Below are positions 38,974-51,439 of a DNA stretch of 64,000 bases, piece by piece. The translations under genes were made by a program, and so were the position numbers. The stretch's first letter is position 1, and each line of letters opens with the position of its first letter. Below the pieces are notes generated by a model. That model made no database searches and was not told the origin of the DNA. It saw only the letters and a list, made by a program, of their open reading frames with translations. The stretch comes from Octopus sinensis (taxonomy: Eukaryota), in NCBI RefSeq assembly GCF_006345805.1, contig NC_043006.1, forward strand, positions 26,908,001 through 26,972,000, in the 5' to 3' direction.

Positions 38974-41230
38974 TCATCATCATCATTTAACGTCCGCTTT
39001 CCATGCTAGCATGGGTTGGACGGTTCAACTGGGGTCTGGGGAGCCCGAAGGCTGCACCAGGCCAGTCAGATCTGGCAGTGTTTCTACAGCTGGATGCCCT
39101 TCCTAACGCCAACCACTCCGAGAGTGTAGTGGGTGATTTTATGTGCCACCGACACAGGTGCCAGACGAGGCTGGCGAACGGTCACGCTCGGATGGTGTTT
39201 TTATGTGCCACCGACACAGGTGCCAGACGAAGCTGGCGAACGGCCACGCTCGGATGGTGTTTTTATGTGCCACCAACACAGGTGCCAGACGAAGCTGGCG
39301 AACGGCCACGCTCGGATGGTGTTTTTATGTGCCACCAACACAGGTGCCAGACAAGGCTGGCAGACGACCACGCTCGGATGGTGTTTTTATGTGCCACCGA
39401 CACAGGTGCCAGACGAGCCTGGCGAACGGCCACGCTCGGATGGTGTTTTTATGTGCCACCGACACAGGTGCCAGACAAGGCTAGCAGACGACCACGCTCG
39501 GATGGTGTTTTTTATGTGCCACCGACACAGGAGCCAGATTAGGCTGGCGATCGGCCACGATTGGATGGTGATTGTTACGTGCCCACAGCATGGAGGCCAG
39601 TCGGTGCGGTACTGGCTACGGCCACGTTCGGATGGTTTTCTTGTGTGCCACCGGCACTGGTACCACAAGGATACAAATTCCATTGATGTTCATCTATTTT
39701 GATTTTGTTTGATTTTCACCTGCCTCAACAGGTCTTCACAAGTATCACAAGAAGGAAGGTATGCACAGGTGGACTGACTACGTCCCAGGTAGGGGCCACG
39801 GGTTATGGCCTGACTAGTCTTGCCGGGTCTTCTCACACACAGCATACTTCCATAGGTCTCGGTCTCTAGTCATTTCCTTGGTGAGACCTAAACTTCGTAG
39901 GTCGTGCTTCACCACTTCGTCCCAGGTTTTCCTGGGTCTACCTCTTCCACAGGTTCCCTCAACTGCTAGGGTGTAGCACTTTTGCACACAACTATCTTCA
40001 GCCATTCTCGTCATATGACCATACCAGCGCAGCCGTCTCTCTTGCACACCACAACTGACGCTTCTTAGGTTCAACTTTTCTCTTAAGGTACTTACACTGA
40101 CGATTATGAACACTGATATTACACATCCATCGGAGCATACTGGCTTCATTTCTTGCGAGCTTACGCATATCCTCAGCAGTCACGGCCCATGTTTCACTAC
40201 CATGTAGCATGGCTGTACGTACACATGCATCATAAAGTCTGCCTTTTACTCTGAGCGAGAGGCCTTTTGTCACCAGCAGGGGTAAGAGCTCTCTAAACTT
40301 TGCCCAGGCTATTCTTACTCTAGCAGTTACACTTTCAGCACACCCACCCCCGCTACTAACTTGGTCTCCTAGGTAGCGGAAGCTATCAACTACTTCTAGT
40401 TTGTCTCCCTGGAACGTGGTAGAAGTTGGTCTCTGCACATTTCCAGTGTTTATTTCTCCTGAGCATCTGCCACATACGAAAACTATCTTCCCAGTTAGCC
40501 TACCTTTGACATTGCTGCACCTCTTATGTGTCCATAGCTTACACTTGGTGCACCTTATAGAGTTTCTACGTACACCTTTTTTACAGATCGAGCAGGGCCA
40601 TCTACCTGAAGTCGTTTGTGGTTGGTCCACCTTCCTACTTATTAGGACTTTGGTTTTGGCTAGGTTGACTCTAAGGCCCTTTGATTCTAATCCTTGTTTC
40701 CACACCTGAAACTTCTCCAGTTCTGATAGTGACTCAGCAATTAGAGCAAGGTCATCAGCATAGAGGAGCTCCCAGGGGCATCCTGTCTTAAATTCTTCCG
40801 TTATTGTCTGGAGGACTATGATAAATAGGAGGGGGCTGAGGACTGAACCTTGGTGGACCCCAACCTCTACCCGGAATTCTTCACTGTACTCGTTGCCAAC
40901 CCTCACCTTACTAGCTGCGTCTCTGTACATGGCTCGCACAGCTCTCACTAACCATTCATCTATCCCTAGTTTCCTCATTGACCACCAGATAAGGGATTGG
41001 GGGACCCTGTCAAAGGCTTTCTCCAAGTCAACAAAAGCCAGGTACAAGGGCTTACCTTTGGCTAGGTATTTCTCCTGCAGCTGTCTTACCAGGAATATAG
41101 CATCAGTAGTACTTTTCCCTGGCACGAACCCAAACTGCATATCATCTAAGCAAACTCTCTCTCTCTAATTAACTGGGCTATAACCCTCTCCGTAACCTTC
41201 ATTACCTGATCCAACAGCTTGATGCCCCTG
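38974..41230 (-). mobile_element. 5'-truncated RTE-clade LINE: RT ORF with PHD-like insert, long 3' UTR, (GAT)n tail
   Basis: QFGF.PG.STTDAIF, DLEKAFD, GVHQGS.LSP, LYADD, RYLG, RPRKTW. One frameshift near 40070. Confidence 0.92.
39137..39570. repeat. 62-bp tandem repeat, about 7 copies, inside the RTE 3' UTR
   Basis: atgtgcc recurs at 39141, 39203, 39265, 39327, 39389, 39451 and 39514. Confidence 0.9.
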
Positions 41231-41266
<36 letters not shown>

Positions 41267-44200
41267 GCATATATATGTACATATGTGTGTGTGTATGTAT
41301 ATATATATATATACATGCATATATATGTACATATGTGTGTGTATGTATATATATACATACACAATCATACATATGCATACATATTTATATACACCTATGT
41401 ATCTGCATACATATACAAATATATATATGCATGTGTGAATGTGTGCACACATGCATGTTTTAGATTGAAGTCAGTAAAATACATTATCCTATAATTAAAA
41501 AAGGAAATAAGGACTTGTATCATAAAGGGCAAGCATGGAAAAATGAACCAAAACAAAAGAAAAAGAAATGTAAGTATATAAAAAAATGTAAGTATATATA
41601 CAAATATATATCTACATATGATCATTCACATAACATTTATATATATATATATATTATATATATAATATATATATATATATATACACTGATATAGATATAT
41701 ATGATATCATCATCATCATCGTTTAAAGACCACTTTCCATGCTGGCATGGGTTGGATGGTTTGAGTGACGGCTGGCAAGCCAAGAGGTCGCACCAGGCTC
41801 CAATCCGATCTGGCAATGTTTCTACAGCTGGATGCCCTTTCTAATGCCAACCACTCTGAGAGTGCAGTGGGTGCTTTTCACATGCCACTGGCACAAGGGC
41901 CTGTCAGGCAGTACTGACATCAGCCATGCTTGAATGGTGCTTCTTATGTGCCACCGGAAAGGAAGCCAGTCAGGTGGCACTGGCAACAGCCACACTCGAA
42001 TGGTGCTTTTTACATGCCATTGGCACGGGACCAGTCAGGCGACACCAGCATCAACCACACTCGAATGGTGCTTTTTACATGCCACCAGCACAGGTGCCAA
42101 TCAGGTGGTACTGTCATCGAACAGAATGACGACTTCACTTGCCTCAACAGGTCTTTGCAAGTGCAGTTTATTCCCCAATGATTGAAGGGTACTCTTTGAT
42201 GGGCTGGTCATACTGCACTGGCATAGGCCACGGTTACGGTCTCACTAGGCTTGCCGAGTCTTCTCAAGCACAGCATATCTCCAAAGGTCTTAGTCAGTTG
42301 TCATCACCTCGGTGAAGCACAAAGTTTGATGATTGTGCTTCAAGTGAATGATAATATTTTGAAAACAAAAGTGTTTAATATTCAATTTCATATACATCTA
42401 TTTTGTGTGTGCGTGTGTGTGTGTGATAAACTAAACTGATAAACTAAATACAATTTACAATAAAACTCTGCAGTTTTATTTTGATTAAAATATCAGCTTT
42501 TTCAGAGCAAAACCATTGAATGCTGTTTGCCTGCCTTTTAGTGTCTCTGTCATTCACTGCCACTCCATTTACAGTTGTTTCCCTAGCATGGCCAATGAAA
42601 CACACATTGCGCTTTATTATATGTAAGATTAAATCAATAACATGGTCTACTGGGCTAAATTTAGGTGTGTAGGCATAGTACAGGAACAGGCAGGGTTATA
42701 TGGTTAAGAAACTTGCTTCCCAACCATGTGGTCTTGGGTTCAATCCCAATGTTTGACACCTTGGACAAGTGCCTTCTACTATAACCCCAGACCAACCAAA
42801 GCTTTGTGAGAGGATATGGTAGAATGGAAACTGAAAGAAGCCTATCGTCTGACAAATGTATCATTTTTACTACTTTTATGGCTGGGTACCCTCTCTAATG
42901 CCAACCCCTATAGTGTACTGGATGCTTTTTACATGACGCTGGCACTAGTGAAGTCACTAAGTAATTAAGACCCCTCAACTGAGTTGGATAGTAGGACTGA
43001 GGAAGTAGCTTTATATTAGGTGATGAGAAGTTAAATTAAGATAGGAATCAGAAACAGGTGTCTTTCTATAGGGGAGCTACATAGTTACCCTTGTTGGTCA
43101 AGAAAGAGAATGGTAATGAAGATGCTTCAGGGCATAACTTCAGATTACAGGAAGGTGAATAAAAGAGATATGGGCAGGTAAGTAAGTTTGTAGGAATGTA
43201 AGAAGTGAGTGGCAGATGGATAATGACGGGGATAGAGGGTAACTGCAGTGAGTGATGAACATGATGGAGGCATGGTCAATTGTGAATATTAGGTGGAAGG
43301 AATGTTGGAGGAAGTAAGTGTTGATCAGGAAGGTAATAGATGGCAGCAAAGAGGACATGAAATGGAGTGGGGTGCAAAAGTGATGCAAAGTGCCAGGGTA
43401 CAGAAAGGTGGAAATAGTAGGAGATAGAAAGAGGTAATGGGGTGGGTTTATTAACATTATTCTTTGAGCAAATAAGATCAGTATTTGAAAACACTGAAAA
43501 GAAATTTGTAACTAAATAAGCAGTGAGTGGCTTTTTAAAATTTAATTATCAGTTAATCTCATTTTACAGCATCACTTCAATTTTTCTAATAAACATTCTG
43601 CACAGCAAGCTTGTTGCTACACAGCTGGCTAGCAAAAGTAGACAATATTCTTCTACTGATGAAGCCTGATAACATTGGCCAGAGAAGAATGTTAGATAAA
43701 CCATATTTTTTTTCTCAATTGAACAGCTACAAATTTCATCTTACACTTCATTTTGACTCTTAATAGTTCTTATAATTTGACTGACATACTCTTTTCAGTA
43801 CAATCCCTTTATCCACAGAGCAACAGATGATGATACTGGTACTCCAGTCTTTATAATAATACTTTGTCTAATTTCATTAACTCAACAACAATTACTCAAA
43901 ACCCTGCAGCTTTCTGTCTTTTGTATCCTATTCACTGCCTGATATTTCAAGCATAACTTGTCGTATTTCATTCATGCTCTCCATATAGCAAAATAATTTA
44001 TAAATTACTGTGTAATTTATAAAAGCAACAAAATTGGCCATTTTCTCTGTTGCTGGGTACATCAAATGATGAAGTACCACAACAAGTGGTAACATGCTGA
44101 GATACATCCAACCCATGCTAGCATAGAGAGCTAGATGTAAAACGATCTGCTTATGTAAATATTTTTCTCACCAAGAGCCCTGTGCTGGTGGCATGTAAAA

Positions 44201-44431
44201 AGCACCCATGCCAGCACCATATAGTAGTGCCCATGCTGGCACCACATAAAAGCACCCATGCCAATGCCCCATAAGGAAGGATCCCAGCCATCTCTGTAAA
44301 ATGGTTGGCATTAGGAAGGGCATCCAACTGTAGAACTCAAACCACATCAAAGTGGAAACTGGTGCAGCTCTCCTGTCTGCCAACTCTGGTCAAACTGTCC
44401 AACCCATGCCAGCATGGAAAACAGACATTAA

Positions 44432-44651
44432 CCCTTTCATTACCAACCTGGCTGAAACCAGCTCTGGCTCTGAGTACAAATGTCTTGTTTTCATAAGTTT
44501 TGAATTAAAATTTTCCACCAAACCCTAGTCACAATTTATGCTCCTAACACTAGCTTAATGATAACTAAGTTATTTTACTAAATTCTTTGTTATATTTAAA
44601 GTAATTGAAAGAAACACAGGGCATCTTAAAATAAATACAGTAACAAAAGGG
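44432..44651. mobile_element. piggyBac-type MITE
   Basis: TTAA|CCCTTT...AAAGGG|TTAA. Confidence 0.8.
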
Positions 44652-44769
44652 TTAAATAATGACGATAGTGACTCTTCTGCAAAGTTTTCAAAAGCATAAA
44701 ACATTTGTTTATACAATACTTTTGGCAAATTTACTGTGAATATCTGGAGTATTTAAACATGGGATATTT

Positions 44770-44925
44770 TTAGAGTTAATCAAGTGTATTTGAAATAAAA
44801 ATCCAGCTTGATAAAAAAAAAAAACACAGCAAACAAGCTTAGACCATTAAAAATCTGGAGATATACATTTTTCTTCAAGACAACATCACCCATGATATTT
44901 TTATAGAGTAAAACCTCTTTTTTAG
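44770..44925 (-). pseudogene. Decayed duplicate of shugoshin exon 4 (pseudo-exon)
   Basis: Translates as KKEVLLYKNIMGDVVLKKNVYLQIFNGLSLFA versus exon 4 NEKVLLNKDAIGDVALKKNVNSQICDELSFIA. About 21 mismatches in 91 aligned nt. Acceptor and GT donor are missing, and a poly-T run shifts the frame. Confidence 0.8.
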
Positions 44926-45198
44926 TAAATTTGACATTGGAGAAATTTGAACTCAGACACTAAAGTCTTGGAATAAATGCTGCAAGACCTTCCATCAAAT
45001 GTTGTAATAAGTCTTAATTCCCCACCAATAGAATTAAAGCAATTTATTCTCACAGAGCACTACATTTTGTTTTGTAGCAGAAAATATGAATTACCATGTC
45101 AGTGAATGTTTTCACCTAAGCAGCATTTTTATATTTTGCATTCTTTCATTTCATTATAGAAGGGCAGTGAAACAAATTAGAAAAAAAGAAATACACAC

Positions 45199-45897
45199 CT
45201 CTTTCATCTTCCTTTTTATCCTTTGAGCTTTTTGACGATTTTTTGTTGCCTTTTGCTTTTACTTTATTAGGTGCTACTGTTGGTTTAACAAAAGTTTCTT
45301 TAGCAACAGTCGTATCTTTTTGTTTCTCCAGATTTATATCAGATGGATGAACATCATTACCAGTTGGTAGATTTTGTGATGACTCATGCATTACGTCAGT
45401 GTTGTTTATTATTTCAGTCAATTCCATGTCAACTTCACCAGTTATTGTAACGTTGGGTATGGCATTATTTAAACCATTATCAGCATCATTAACTATTAAG
45501 GCTGTTTCTGCAGCTTTACCATTTGGCATTGATGCATCAGTACAAGGAATATGTTTAGAGTTATTTTTAACTACTTTATCCCTGTCAGCAGCATTTTCCA
45601 AATTAACTTCTGCACAAGAATCTTTAATAACTGACGGTTCTAAAATATCCAATTGTTGGTGACGCTTTTTGTCAAGACCTGTAGCAGACAAGTGTAATGA
45701 AGAACGGCGCCTTTTTTGGGTAGTTGGGAGATTTGAACCAAAATCGATTTCATCCAGAGATTCCCGTCTAAATTGAATACTGGAACGTCTTTCTACATCA
45801 GGGCGACTTTTAGTAGCAATTTTAGGTTTTTCAATGGGGACGTTTAAATGATTTTCGTCAGCATTTTTACACAATTTTTCAGATTCCAATTCATCAA
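45199..45897 (-). CDS. SGO: Shugoshin exon 5, upstream copy (5B), 699 nt
   Basis: Acceptor tcattttttag, donor gtgtgt, open frame (ORF track 45146-45889), symmetric phase 1-1. Confidence 0.75.
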
Positions 45898-47174
45898 CTA
45901 AAAAATGAACAGGAAAAGAAAAGAATTAGTTTTTCTCTTTATCATGAAATAATGATAAATAACAATAAGCAAATATTACATAGAACAGAATTCTATTTTC
46001 CCCAGGGTCTTAATAATGTGTATCAACTTTAATTACAATTTTATCATAATTATTAATTTATCTCTGTACCATTGATTTGTTTTTTGATAATGTCAAGCAA
46101 AATGGAAACATCAAGAAAATAGACTTGAAAAATGTTTCATGAAAAACATTCATGATATCTCAATCAGTATAAAACAATAAAAAAAAGTCTGAAAAAGAAC
46201 ATTACTTTTAAAATGGAACATAAAGTACATAAGAAAGTTTATAAGAAAAATCTGTGTAACTGCATTTTGATCTCATAATCATTGGGATCATTTTACTTGG
46301 AAAAAATATTCGCTACCACCATCAAAAGATAGATAACATTCCATAACTGAATATAGAGATCATCTTTGATGTTACAAAGTTCTCTAAAAAAAATATTGCT
46401 AGTAGATTAGCTTCTGCTGTTCCTCCGCTATATCGAATGTTCATAAATGAAACGTTGTGATGCCAGGAAATGAGATTGGTTAATTGATAATCTAATTATA
46501 AAGGGGAACCAAATACATAAGTATTTCTTTTATTATAATAATGGGGGCCTCTGCAGTCAAAGCTGATCATTCATCTGCAAGCAGGGGTGAGGTTTTTTTT
46601 TATTATTATTATTATTTTTTTTATTCATCCATGTAACTCTTCCCACTCCAATACCACCAAGGTTGCCTAAGGGAAATGCTGCTGAGTTGGCTGATGCAGC
46701 TTGATACCCTTGCCACCACATGTGTTTCTACAGTGTACAGAACCAGAAAACGATATTGTAAGGCATCTTCTTTGACCTAGCAGTTTAACAATCCACCACT
46801 CTGAATTAATTTTTCTTTGTCATCCTTGCAAAATTGAAAGGCAAAATTAACATCATCATCTTTTAACATCCACTGTCCATGCTAGCATGGTTAGACAGGA
46901 CCTCATGAAATTTGAGCACAGAGTTGGGACAAATACCACAAGGCATTTTATTCAACACTAACAGCTGTACTATTTTGCCTTTCATTATACTTCTAATGTA
47001 TTAAAGTGGTGTCAGAAAAAAACCTCCGAAATTCTGTAATAGATTTTATATAACATTTTATCTCAATTTTTTTTTATTCAAATTACAGGCACATACAGTG
47101 AAAATTACTTAATTTTCACCATATACAATAAACTGTTAGTAATTTATAATTTCATCAGTTTGTCCTTGTTTTGT

Positions 47175-48181
47175 TTACATTTTCTGACTCAATTTAGGCT
47201 GTAGTGGAAATTTTGGTTGAAATGATATCCTTGGAGTTATGTCCATCCTGATTGGTTCAGGTGGCATCACTGACAGCAGTTCATCAGTTAGTTCATATGC
47301 CTTTTTCTTCAGATGCTTGAGGAATGAAAAATTGCATGAGATTTTATAGGAACCATGTTCTATTGTTACCAAATTCCTACTTTTCTAGACAACTATAAAT
47401 GGGCTTGCCTTGAAAGGTAGAGACAGTCTCTTCATTGCTGTATGAGCACACTGTTGTCCATGAGAAGTGAAGAATTTGGGTGCATCAGATCTGGTCTGCA
47501 TATGTTTATATTTTATCACTGTTCAGAGCATTATTCAAGGTTATGCAGGAATGTATTAAACAAAGAAGTTTTATAATGCATGACACCAAGTAGACTGACA
47601 TTCATCTTCCTCCTATTAAGGGCCTCGAAGAGGGACACTGGTTGCACTGTGGGGAGTTATCATGCATTAGTAAAGAAAGTAGGGTAAATCTGCCTTCCAG
47701 TTTTGGCCTTCCATCACATATATATATATATGGTTAGGGAGCTTGCTTCCTAGCTATATGGTTTCGGATTCAGTCCCACTGCGTGTCACTTTGGGCAGGT
47801 GTCTTCCACTATAGCCCCGAGCCAACTGAAGCTTTGTGATTGAATTCGGTAGGCAGGAGCTACTGCCGTGTGTGTATGTGTGCTTATAGCTGCTCAGTGC
47901 CTCTCCGAGATATATATATATATATGTATATATATATGTATATATATATGTATATATATATGTATATATATATGTATATATATATGTATATATATATGTA
48001 TGTATATATGTATGTATATATGTATGTATATATGTATGTATATATGTATGTATATATGTATGTATATATGTATGTGTGTGTGTATGTGTGTGTGTATGTG
48101 TGTGTGTATGTGTGTGTGTGTGTGTATGTGTGTGTGTATGTGTGTGTGTTGTGTGTGTGTGTATGTGTGTGTGTATGTGTG

Positions 48182-48220
<39 letters not shown>

Positions 48221-48830
48221 TATGTGTGTATGTGTGTATGTGTGTATGTATGTATGTATGTATGCTAATAAATGTGTTCATAGTTCTCAAGAAACATTCA
48301 ACTTTGCCATTAGCATCAGACTAGTGAGTGGTGGCCTTCCTGTGGTGAAACGTAGACTGATTAACAAAATCATGAAAATCTTGACCTTGGGAAGGAGGCT
48401 CTTTATCAATTTTGACAATTGCTGGTAAGTCTTGTCAGCAAATATGGAATTCAGACAAGGAGTGACAACTTTTGTTGACTTTGATGACTAGTAACACCAG
48501 CTACCTCTGATGTTACCAGTACCATTCCTGATCTCAGGACAAACTGAGAGAGAGAGTTGTGGCTGCTTCCTCTGATGTCACTTCAGCCACAACTGGAGCT
48601 AACTCCATTGTATGGAACATTGATAGTGCTTGTCTCCATAGTTGTAGCTATTACTTCATCAAGAACTTAATTCAGAAATAGTTATCTGGCAAAGCTTTAC
48701 ATATAGCCCTTGTGGAAAAACAGCTTTGCAAAATCTGTGCCAAGATTTCTCTATTGACATCATAAAATTCCCATGCTGCAGTCAACAAGTGCAGCTTTAT
48801 GCAAGAAGAGTCTGTTCTCCAAGACTAAGA
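47175..48830 (-). mobile_element. Highly degenerate Ty3/Gypsy integrase region, interrupted by a SINE and microsatellites (47700-48265)
   Basis: TPCLNSIFA..LPAIVKIDKEPPSQGQDFHDF...ANGKVECFLRTM resembles the integrase core ..D.GP.F....NG.VERF. Confidence 0.6.
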
Positions 48831-49169
48831 GAAAAGATAGACTTTGCAATAGCCAGTCTTTTTTGGCATAAAGTAATCAGTCAGTGAATGTTTTATCATG
48901 TTCAGCAGAAACATCAGCACTTCTCACACTGCAGAGTACCAACACCTCTCTCTCTCTCTTTACTCTTTTACTTGTTTCAGTCATTTGACTGGCCATGCTG
49001 GAGCACTACCTTTAGTCGAGCAACTCGACCCCGGGACTTATTCTTTTGTAAGCCCAGTACTTATTCTATTGGTCTCTTTTTGCCGAACCGCTAAGTAACG
49101 GGGACATAAACACACCAGCATCGGTTGTCAAGCAATGCTAGGGGGACAAACACAGACAGACACACACAA

Positions 49170-49265
<96 letters not shown>

Positions 49266-50208
49266 ATATACGACGAGCTTCTTTCAGTTTCCGTCTACCA
49301 AATCCACTCACAAGGCTTTGGTCGGCCTGAGGCTATAGTAGAAGACACTTGCCCAAGGTGCCACGCAGTGGGACTGAACCCGGAACCATGTGGTTGGTAA
49401 ACAAGCTACTTACCACACAGCCGCTCCTGCGCCTATGTCTATCATTTTTCTTTTACAGACACTAGTCACATATGGTGTTCATGGCAGATTTTCAAAATGT
49501 TCTATTCATTTTCACTATCTAGAGCCACTATTGTTGTACACAGAATGGAAGAAAGAGAAGCATTACAGCTGACATTGAAATCAACAAATAAAGAAGAAAA
49601 TTCTTTATAAGTCTTGTTGCCAAACATATTTCCTCCAGTTCATGAGAAACATATACCGATTTTTCAATCACATTTTAAAAGATAAAAACAAGATACATTA
49701 ACATGATTTTTAGTTTAACCTGGCTGTCACTCTCTCTAGTACAAATGCTGTTTTATGGTGCAATTGTAAACAATACTACTCTACACTACAAATGGAGAAA
49801 ATCAAACTTACATTTACATTAGAAGTAAATATAGTTCCATATCCTTGTACAACAAATTTCACCTTATACCTTTGTTTTGACTCTTAATAGTTCTAACCCC
49901 TTTAATCTCCCAGTAGCAGATAATGATAATGGTACTTCAGTCTTTGGCAATATCTTTTTGTGTAACTGCATTAACATTGCAACAAGAATTCCTCAAAACC
50001 AAATTACACACAACCACAATAAGCGGTGACATGCTCTGAGTCACATATATCCTATGCTAGCATAGAAAGCTGGGTGTAAAATGTGCTGATGTAAATATTT
50101 TTTACATGAAATTAGTTACATTTCTGTACTTCTCCAAAACATTTGTAATACAATATTTTTGGTAAATTTATCATAAATATTTGTAATATTTAAACATGTA
50201 ATATTTAC

Positions 50209-50366
50209 CTTTAGACAACACATCAAGTGTATTTGAAGTATAATCCGTATTAATAAAAGTCTCAGCAATGAAGCTGAGCTCATCACAAATCTGGGAATTA
50301 ACATTTTTCTTTAAAGCAACATCACCTATGGCATCTTTATTGAGCAAAACCTTTTCATTAGGGGTT
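50209..50366 (-). CDS. SGO: Shugoshin exon 4 (TPNEKVLLNKDAIGDVALKKNVNSQICDELSFIAETF...DVLSK)
   Basis: Acceptor ttttcttttgtatttag, donor gtaaat, 158 nt open frame. Phase 2 to 1 exactly bridges exon 3 and exon 5. Confidence 0.85.
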
Positions 50367-51232
50367 CTAAATACAAAAGAAAAGATTGTAACATTAAATA
50401 ATGAACAAGTTCACTAAAGTATATACAGGACATAAAGTAAGAAACATGAAACAAGGTATTGCATTTAGCTTTGGCCTGTCCTGTGTATTACATATGACAT
50501 ACAGGACATATTTTCTGGGTGTCCATGCATCATATATGACACATCATCATCGTTTAACATCCACTTTCCATGCTAGCATGGGTTGGATGATTTGACTGAG
50601 GTCTGGCAAACCAGACTCCAATCTGATCTGGTAGAGTTTCTACAGCTGGATGCCCTTCCTAATGCCAACCACTCCGAGAGTGTAGTGGGTGCTTTTACGT
50701 GCCACTGGCAAAAGGGCCAGTCAGGCAGTACTGGTAATGGCCACGCTCAAATGGTGCTTTTTATGTGCCACCTGCACAGGAGCCAGTCCAGCGGCACTGG
50801 CAACGACCTCACTTGCCATGCTTGCATAGCTCAGATGGAATTTGGTGAAGCAGGTTTTCTAGAGTTGGATACCTCCTAACACTAACCTTCATCTGTTTCC
50901 AAAGTAATATTTTCAATGGCCAGACATTGTTTTTCACAGAAGACTGGAAAGAAACATCATTTGAATAACGGTGATGCTCATTTACAACCATCAGGTGATG
51001 TCAAGACAAGAGTACACACACGCACTCATATGTGTGAGTGTATCATCATCGTTTAACGTCCGCTTTCCATGCTGGCATGGGTTGGACGGTTCAACTGGGG
51101 TCTGGGAAGCCAGAAAGCTGCACGAGGCCCAGCCTGATCTGGCAGTGTTTCTACAGCTGGATGCCCTTCCTAATGCCAACCACTCTGTGAGTGTAGTGGG
51201 TGCTTTTTACATGCATGCACACACATACATAT

Positions 51233-51354
<122 letters not shown>

Positions 51355-51439
51355 TAAATTGTCACCATTTTATATTTTGAATTTCACACATGAGCATTGT
51401 TTATTTTTGATTTCGTCGACTACACAGAATAGTATGGTC

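Noticed and set aside
47175-47388. Candidate shugoshin exon between exons 3 and 5
   Set aside because: No suitable donor and it ends in a stop. It is better explained as the tail of the degenerate Gypsy integrase. The exon at 50209-50366 supplies the needed phases.
47754-48428. YI/CV/HT-repeat ORFs (also 38563-39106, 41146-41494, 58958-59245, 59751-60179)
   Set aside because: Translations of dinucleotide microsatellites.
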